This document shows positions 27,137-32,000 of a DNA stretch of 32,000 nt, piece after piece (positions within the stretch are counted from its first letter, which is position 1; each line of letters begins with the position of its first letter). The notes below the pieces were generated by a model. It did not search any database, had not been told where the DNA came from, and saw only the letters and a list, made by a program, of their open reading frames with translations. The stretch is from contig OY781039.1 of assembly GCA_963676105.1 (NCBI GenBank), positions 1,260,001 through 1,292,000 on the forward strand, written 5' to 3'. The DNA comes from Erysipelotrichaceae bacterium (GTDB lineage Bacteria > Bacillota_I > Bacilli_A > Erysipelotrichales > Erysipelotrichaceae). The translations under genes and the position numbers were made by a program.

Positions 27137-28613
27137 TTAATAATTTTAAACCTTCAATTTTTTGGGTGTCTTTCAAATCATTATCAGTATGCCAAACACG
27201 AACCACTTCTGATACAAGTTGACTTAAAAGTTCTTTATCAATCTGTCCTGTTTCTTCTAGTCCAACAGATGCTTGGAAATCAAGTATGGCATTTTCTGTG
27301 CTTTGGTCAAAATAACCATCTAATCGATCTAAGTCATAACCTAAGAAATCAAGTGAAAGTTGCGCATCTTGTACACTTGTATGGACTTGATCATACGTAT
27401 ATGTTTCATTATCTTCTAAAGCCGTAAATGTTCTAGACATTATTGGATGTTGTTCAATAATGACATCAGGTGTAATCCCGACTTCATTAATATGATTACC
27501 ATTAGGGGTTAACCATTCAGCTACCGTATATTTAAGAGCTGAACCGTCAGAGAAAGGATATTGTTGTTGAACTGTACCCTTACCATAGGTCGTTACACCT
27601 ACAACTGTTGATTCTCTATTTTCTTGAATGGCAGCTGTAAAGACTTCTGCGGCAGAAGCGGTATTTTCATTGACTAATATTACAATATGCTCAAAGTCGA
27701 TAATCACGTTTCCCTCAGATTTAGAAACTAAAACTTGATTATCACGTGTATTTTGTTGAATTAGGACATCCCCTTCAGGTAAGAAGAGAGATCCCATGTC
27801 TTCTAATGAGGTTAAATAACCCCCACCATTATTTCTTAAATCTATGAGGATATCTGTCGCACCAGCTGATTTAAAGACTTCGAGGTATTGTGAGACTTCA
27901 AGAGCTGTGGTTGTCCCAAATTGATAAACTTCTAAATAGGCTGTGTTATCGTCTATCATTTCACCAAAAGCGGTATTGTTAATAGGACCACGTGTGATAT
28001 CTAAATCGACGATTTCATCACCACGAATAAACTCTATTTCGACTATGGTTCCTTCAACCCCACGAACCATATCCACTAAGGTATCAGAATCTATGGTATT
28101 CACATCAATGCCATCAACTTTCGAGATAATATCGCCAGATTGTACACCTGCATTTTCTGCAGGTGAATCAATAAAGACATTCTCTACGACATAGGTTCCA
28201 TTAGAATCAAAGTATGAGACGCCAATCCCCACAAAGCCACGATCAATCGATTGTGTAAAATATTCAACTTCTTCGCTAGTCATATAAGCTGTATGAATAT
28301 CACCTGTGCTTTCAACCATGCCTACAATGGCTTCGTTGATAAGTTGTTGGTCAAGATCATTTAGATCTTTGCCAAAGTACCAGTCTTCAACTAAAACTTC
28401 ATAGACAGCTTTTAAGCGTGTAAAATCATCTTCAGCTTGCTGAACTTGACTTTCAGGTTCAACAAATAAGGCATGTGTAAAAAAGCCAAAACTAAAGAAA
28501 AGAATCAGCGCTAACGCTGTTAATATATTTCTTCTTTGTTTTTTCTTTCTTGCTTCTTTTTCATCTGGCCACTCATGACGTGTGAGTGGTACGCGTATTT
28601 TCCCTTTTTCCAT
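27129..28613 (-). CDS. S41 family carboxy-terminal processing protease with a C-terminal PG_binding_1-like domain
   Basis: 494 aa with an N-terminal TM anchor, a PDZ domain (GIGVSY...[19 protein letters not shown]), catalytic motifs TASAAEVF and TYGKGTVQ, and a C-terminus [39 protein letters not shown]. Confidence 0.88.
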   Translation of the reverse strand: MEKGKIRVPLTRHEWPDEKEARKKKQRRNILTALALILFFSFGFFTHALFVEPESQVQQAEDDFTRLKAVYEVLVEDWYFGKDLNDLDQQLINEAIVGMVESTGDIHTAYMTSEEVEYFTQSIDRGFVGIGVSYFDSNGTYVVENVFIDSPAENAGVQSGDIISKVDGIDVNTIDSDTLVDMVRGVEGTIVEIEFIRGDEIVDLDITRGPINNTAFGEMIDDNTAYLEVYQFGTTTALEVSQYLEVFKSAGATDILIDLRNNGGGYLTSLEDMGSLFLPEGDVLIQQNTRDNQVLVSKSEGNVIIDFEHIVILVNENTASAAEVFTAAIQENRESTVVGVTTYGKGTVQQQYPFSDGSALKYTVAEWLTPNGNHINEVGITPDVIIEQHPIMSRTFTALEDNETYTYDQVHTSVQDAQLSLDFLGYDLDRLDGYFDQSTENAILDFQASVGLEETGQIDKELLSQLVSEVVRVWHTDNDLKDTQKIEGLKLLNE

Positions 28614-28618
28614 ATATC

Positions 28619-30022
28619 CTATCCTTCATACCATGAATAAACTTTTACATTAAAAATATCTAATGGGTTTTCTCGACATGGAGTTACCCAGTTCTTAAGT
28701 TCGCAACGATAATCTAAACCTGTATTACCCCAATGTGAACCAAAAGATAAGTCTCCATCCCAATTACTTGCATAGTAAGAGACAGAATTTGTACCTAAAT
28801 AGTGTACTTCAATATGGAGATGAGGACCAGTACTAGACCCAGAAGATCCGACTGCGCCAATGTATTGACCTTGAGATACAATCGTTCCTGTATCAATGAC
28901 AGTATCTTTTTCTAGATGCATATACGTAATCGCATAAGACTTATTATTCACTGAAACAATTAAGTACGCTTGATTACCCCCACGATTAATACCAGGGTAA
29001 CCACAGTTACTTCCATAATAACCATAAGTTGGGCACGAATTAGCTGTGTAGACCACAACTCCATTACCAACCGCAACTAAAGGTGTTCCAACAGGTGCCC
29101 CTAAATCAATCGCAAGGTGCGTTGCACCAGAGAAATATGACCATGCGCCAGCGGTTACTTTAAAGCTTCCATCAATGGGATAAATCCATCCAGCTGAAGG
29201 CAAGATGTTATCTAAGGCATCGGCAATGCTTGAGAGTTGTTCACGGATATTATCTAAGTTAGCTGCCATGTATTCTTCTTGAGCCATAAGCTCTGCTTCT
29301 TGTAGACGATATTCCGCTAGAATTTCTTCAACAGCCGCTTGTAGACCAATTTGAGTCTGTTTATTTTTTTCTAAGTTTGTCTTGTTCTCTTCTAAAGCTG
29401 CCACTTGTCGTTGAAGTTCTTCTTTATCCGCATTAAAGGCTTCAACTTCAGCTGTTAAATTATCAATGTTTGCTCTATCAGCCTTGGTTATTTCATTGAT
29501 TCCTTCAATTCTTCGAACTAAATCAACAAAATCAGTCGCTCCCATAATAAAATCAATATACGAGTTTAAAGTTAAAAATGACTGCATCGCAATCATACGT
29601 TCTTGGATAAATTGATCAATTTCTTCAATGCGTGCTTCACGCTCTGCAATATCATTTTCTAAAACAAGAATACTCGCTTCAGATTGACTTATGGATTTTT
29701 CAATATTAACAATGTCTGCACTTAAATCATCAATCTTATCTTGATAAGCACTCACTTGTTTGGCATATTCTAAAATATTTTCTTTAATATCTTTTAAATC
29801 TTGTCTGAGATTTTCAAGTTCACTCGCTGCACTTAGTGCTTTGTTATTTACATAATCTTGATAAGCATTACAGGTATCTGAATATTCACTCGCATTAGCC
29901 GATGAACACAAATCTGAATAGTATGCTTCATTCGCCGCAAAATCAATTTCTTCAGCAAATGTTGGAACTGAAAAACTAAAGAGTAAAGCAAAATTGATAA
30001 TTAGAATAATCAGCTTCTTCAT
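28619..30022 (-). CDS. Secreted coiled-coil M23 (LytM-type) metallopeptidase, EnvC/PcsB-like FtsEX partner
   Basis: 467 aa. Signal peptide, about 250 aa of heptad-rich sequence, then an M23 domain with intact HxxxD (HLAIDLG) and HxH (HLHIEVH). ATGA overlap with ftsX. Confidence 0.85.
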   Translation of the reverse strand: MKKLIILIINFALLFSFSVPTFAEEIDFAANEAYYSDLCSSANASEYSDTCNAYQDYVNNKALSAASELENLRQDLKDIKENILEYAKQVSAYQDKIDDLSADIVNIEKSISQSEASILVLENDIAEREARIEEIDQFIQERMIAMQSFLTLNSYIDFIMGATDFVDLVRRIEGINEITKADRANIDNLTAEVEAFNADKEELQRQVAALEENKTNLEKNKQTQIGLQAAVEEILAEYRLQEAELMAQEEYMAANLDNIREQLSSIADALDNILPSAGWIYPIDGSFKVTAGAWSYFSGATHLAIDLGAPVGTPLVAVGNGVVVYTANSCPTYGYYGSNCGYPGINRGGNQAYLIVSVNNKSYAITYMHLEKDTVIDTGTIVSQGQYIGAVGSSGSSTGPHLHIEVHYLGTNSVSYYASNWDGDLSFGSHWGNTGLDYRCELKNWVTPCRENPLDIFNVKVYSWYEG

Positions 30023-30912
30023 CGAACACTCCGTAAGTAACGTGTCACAGAAATAAAACTACCAAATAAACCAATCACAATCCCTAGCATCACAAGTAAA
30101 TATGAAAGTTGTAGAACAAAGGGAAAGACTGCTCTTAATCTAAATAATTCAGCGAATAATACACCATCTAAGACTTCATACAAACGATTATATCCCCAAA
30201 TGGTTAAACCAACAGGAATCAATGATCCAAACAAACCAATAAAGATTCCTTCAAACAAAAATGGTGCCCGTATAAAATTGTTGGTTGCACCAATCGTACG
30301 CATGATTTGAATTTCATGACTTCGATTTTGAATCGTTATTTTAATCGTATTAACAATTAATATAAGCGCAAGTAATCCTAATGCGCCAACTAAAATAAAA
30401 CCACCATCCCGTACGTTATGTAAAAGGTCTACTAATTGTATGGTTGAATTACCACCATAGTTCGCCTTTAAAACACCAGTCATATTCGCAATACTTAAGG
30501 TTGTGCTTTCAATTTGTAGATTATCACTGAGTTCAACAATAAGTGCATTCTTTAAAGGATTATTTTCACCTCGATACATTTCAAAGATGACACCCTCTTC
30601 ACCATAAGATTCGATAAACTTATCGAGTTCTGCATCCTTAGATGAATACTCTACATTGATGACAGCGGGTAATTGTTTAATTTCATTTTCAATCGTTGAA
30701 ACATTATCAATCGTATCTTCAAGTTGTACATGGATTTGAATCTTATCTTCAACTGTTGTGGTAATCTCTTGAATATTTACGGTTAACATCATAAAAAGTG
30801 AGACTAAAAGCAAAGTCACACTTACCGCAACCATGGATGAAAAACTCATTGAAAAATGGCGTACAAAACCATAGAAGGCTTCTTTAATCGGCCGCATCAG
30901 ATAATTCAACAC
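30019..30912 (-). CDS. ftsX: Cell division ABC transporter permease-like protein FtsX
   Basis: 297 aa with TM1, a large extracytoplasmic loop and three C-terminal TMs. It is directly downstream of, and overlaps, ftsE. Confidence 0.88.
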   Translation of the reverse strand: MLNYLMRPIKEAFYGFVRHFSMSFSSMVAVSVTLLLVSLFMMLTVNIQEITTTVEDKIQIHVQLEDTIDNVSTIENEIKQLPAVINVEYSSKDAELDKFIESYGEEGVIFEMYRGENNPLKNALIVELSDNLQIESTTLSIANMTGVLKANYGGNSTIQLVDLLHNVRDGGFILVGALGLLALILIVNTIKITIQNRSHEIQIMRTIGATNNFIRAPFLFEGIFIGLFGSLIPVGLTIWGYNRLYEVLDGVLFAELFRLRAVFPFVLQLSYLLVMLGIVIGLFGSFISVTRYLRSVR

Positions 30913-31594
30913 GTGAATGATAGCCTCCTTTTGCTAAGTCTGTCGCAATATGACCAGACTCTAATACAATGGTTCTCTTTTTATATTTATTAACAATTTC
31001 AATATCATGCGTCACCATTAAAATTGTTGTTTTTTCTTCAGCACAAATGCGTTCTAAAAGTTTGATGATTTCTTGTGATTTCTTTGGATCTAAGTTTCCC
31101 GTAGGTTCATCCGCAATCAATATTTTTGGTTTATTCGCAATCGCACGTGCAATGACAACTCTTTGTTGCTGACCACCTGATAATTCACTTGGATAATGGG
31201 TTCCTTTATCACTTAAGTCAACCAATTTTAAGACTTCACGAACTCTTTGTCGTGCCTCTAAAACAGGTTGATGGGTAATCTCTAATGCATACATGACATT
31301 CTCAAAAACGGTTTTCTTTTCTAAAAGTTTAAAGTCTTGAAAAACAACGCCAATATGACGTCGATAGTATGGAACTTTACCATGTCTTAATCCACCCACA
31401 TCGATACCCGCAACTTCAACTTTACCTTTTGTTGGTTTTTCTTCCGCATCAAGGAGTTTAATGAGCGTACTTTTACCAGATCCAGTTGGTCCAATAATGT
31501 AGACAAACTCAGATTGGTCAATAAAGAGATTTATATTATGGAGCGCATTCACTCCGTTTTTGTAGGTTTTTGAAACTTTGCTTAGTTGTATCAC
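30884..31594 (-). CDS. ftsE: Cell division ATP-binding protein FtsE
   Basis: 236 aa with GPTGSGKST, LSGGQQQR and IADEPTGNLD. GTG start preceded by a GAGGA RBS. Confidence 0.92.
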   Translation of the reverse strand: MIQLSKVSKTYKNGVNALHNINLFIDQSEFVYIIGPTGSGKSTLIKLLDAEEKPTKGKVEVAGIDVGGLRHGKVPYYRRHIGVVFQDFKLLEKKTVFENVMYALEITHQPVLEARQRVREVLKLVDLSDKGTHYPSELSGGQQQRVVIARAIANKPKILIADEPTGNLDPKKSQEIIKLLERICAEEKTTILMVTHDIEIVNKYKKRTIVLESGHIATDLAKGGYHSRVELSDAAD

Positions 31595-31618
31595 AAATTG
31601 TCCTCAATTCACTCTTGT

Positions 31619-31627
31619 ATTATATCA
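31619..31627 (-). promoter_or_regulatory. Candidate extended -10 promoter (TGATATAAT) for the ftsEX-M23-ctp-uvrB operon
   Basis: The reverse complement reads TGATATAAT, 24 nt upstream of the ftsE GTG. There is no good -35. Confidence 0.45.
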
Positions 31628-31836
31628 TTCACAAGCGGCCTATAAGCATCGCAAGATACATTGGAATATCATAAACTTTCTTTTTTTAATTGATATTTTT
31701 CTTCGAACATATAATACGCGACACTATTTCGTTATTAGCGATAAGTGTTTGTAGCGCCTTTACCTTGGTGTTATATGATGCTTTGATATCTATTCCAATG
31801 ATTTTCATCATTTACATTTTTTTGGACAAATGATAT

Positions 31837-32000
31837 CTAAACCTTGAAATCAAAACTAAATCCATTACCTTTAACTTCTGTCGCATCATTCACAATAATA
31901 AAGGCATGAGGGTCCACTTCATTACATAGTTGTGTAAGCATTGGATACTGTCTTTTCTTTATAACGGTTAAGATAACAGGCTTATCTGAATCTGAATAAT
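31837..32000 (-). CDS. YitT family (DUF2179) membrane protein, C-terminal 54 codons; the 5' part lies outside the window
   Basis: My translation gives ...KPVILTVIKKRQYPMLTQLCNEVDPHAFIIVNDATEVKGNGFSFDFKV*. The DP.AFI...V.G.GF motif is the DUF2179 C-terminus. A YitT paralog (yvjA) sits upstream of ftsE in B. subtilis. Confidence 0.65.
   Translation of the reverse strand, partial: YSDSDKPVILTVIKKRQYPMLTQLCNEVDPHAFIIVNDATEVKGNGFSFDFKV

Noticed and set aside
27035-27427. 130-aa plus-strand ORF spanning the uvrB/S41-protease junction
   Set aside because: It is entirely antisense to two strongly supported genes. It has no RBS and a low-complexity Leu/Phe/Gln composition typical of the reverse frame of AT-rich coding sequence.
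31704-31718. CGAACATATAATACG, resembling a LexA/DinR Cheo box (CGAAC-N4-GTTCG) upstream of the ftsE...uvrB operon
   Set aside because: Only the left half-site matches and the right half is ATACG. No comparable site occurs upstream of uvrA.
1-32000. Search for CRISPR arrays, IS elements or transposases, integrases, prophage genes, toxin-antitoxin pairs, restriction-modification or other known defence modules, tRNA/rRNA genes, and alternative genetic code (TGA=Trp)
   Set aside because: None was found by eye. There are no spaced direct repeats and no recombinase or nuclease motifs in any ORF. The intergenic space is too small for structured RNA genes other than the 242-bp gap noted. All genes give full-length products with TGA as a stop.

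Overview
This is a densely packed, low-GC (mid-30s % by eye) Bacillota-type chromosomal region using the standard genetic code: TGA ends cysS and the ATP-grasp gene, so it is not Mycoplasma code 4. I call 30 complete and 2 edge-truncated CDS, all by motif recognition from the translations, since no searches could be run. Gene order, with orientation:
- mrnC' and cysS (-)
- small membrane ORF and galE (+)
- ATP-grasp ligase, Asp racemase, rmlA, rmlB (+)
- flavodoxin (-)
- a roughly 10.7 kb near-gapless minus-strand block: uvrA, hprK, lgt::ppaX fusion, trxB, split permease pair, rapZ, yvcK, whiA, ICMT-like methyltransferase
- a roughly 7 kb wedge between uvrA and uvrB: GtrA-like (+), polar amino-acid ABC importer (-), histidine-decarboxylase-like PLP enzyme (+), large polytopic membrane protein (-), SPL-type radical SAM protein (-)
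- a tightly coupled ftsE, ftsX, M23 peptidase, S41 protease, uvrB operon (-)
- the 3' end of a YitT/DUF2179 gene (-)
The backbone order matches the Bacillus subtilis yvjA...ftsEX...ctpB...uvrBA and hprK-lgt-ppaX / trxB-yvcJKL neighbourhoods. A PG_binding_1-like domain on the S41 protease and a catalytically intact M23 domain imply a walled organism. I found no rRNA, tRNA, CRISPR array, transposase, integrase, phage gene, recognisable defence system or long repeat. I do not see a convincing novel multi-gene system. The parts worth a second look:
- the ATP-grasp/racemase pair co-transcribed with rmlAB
- the accessory wedge splitting uvrB from uvrA, including a decarboxylase with an N-terminal extension and a motif-rich control region
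- the lgt::ppaX fusion
- the uvrB-adjacent SPL-like radical SAM gene
- the 242-bp gap upstream of ftsE
All short ORFs antisense to these genes are treated as noise.
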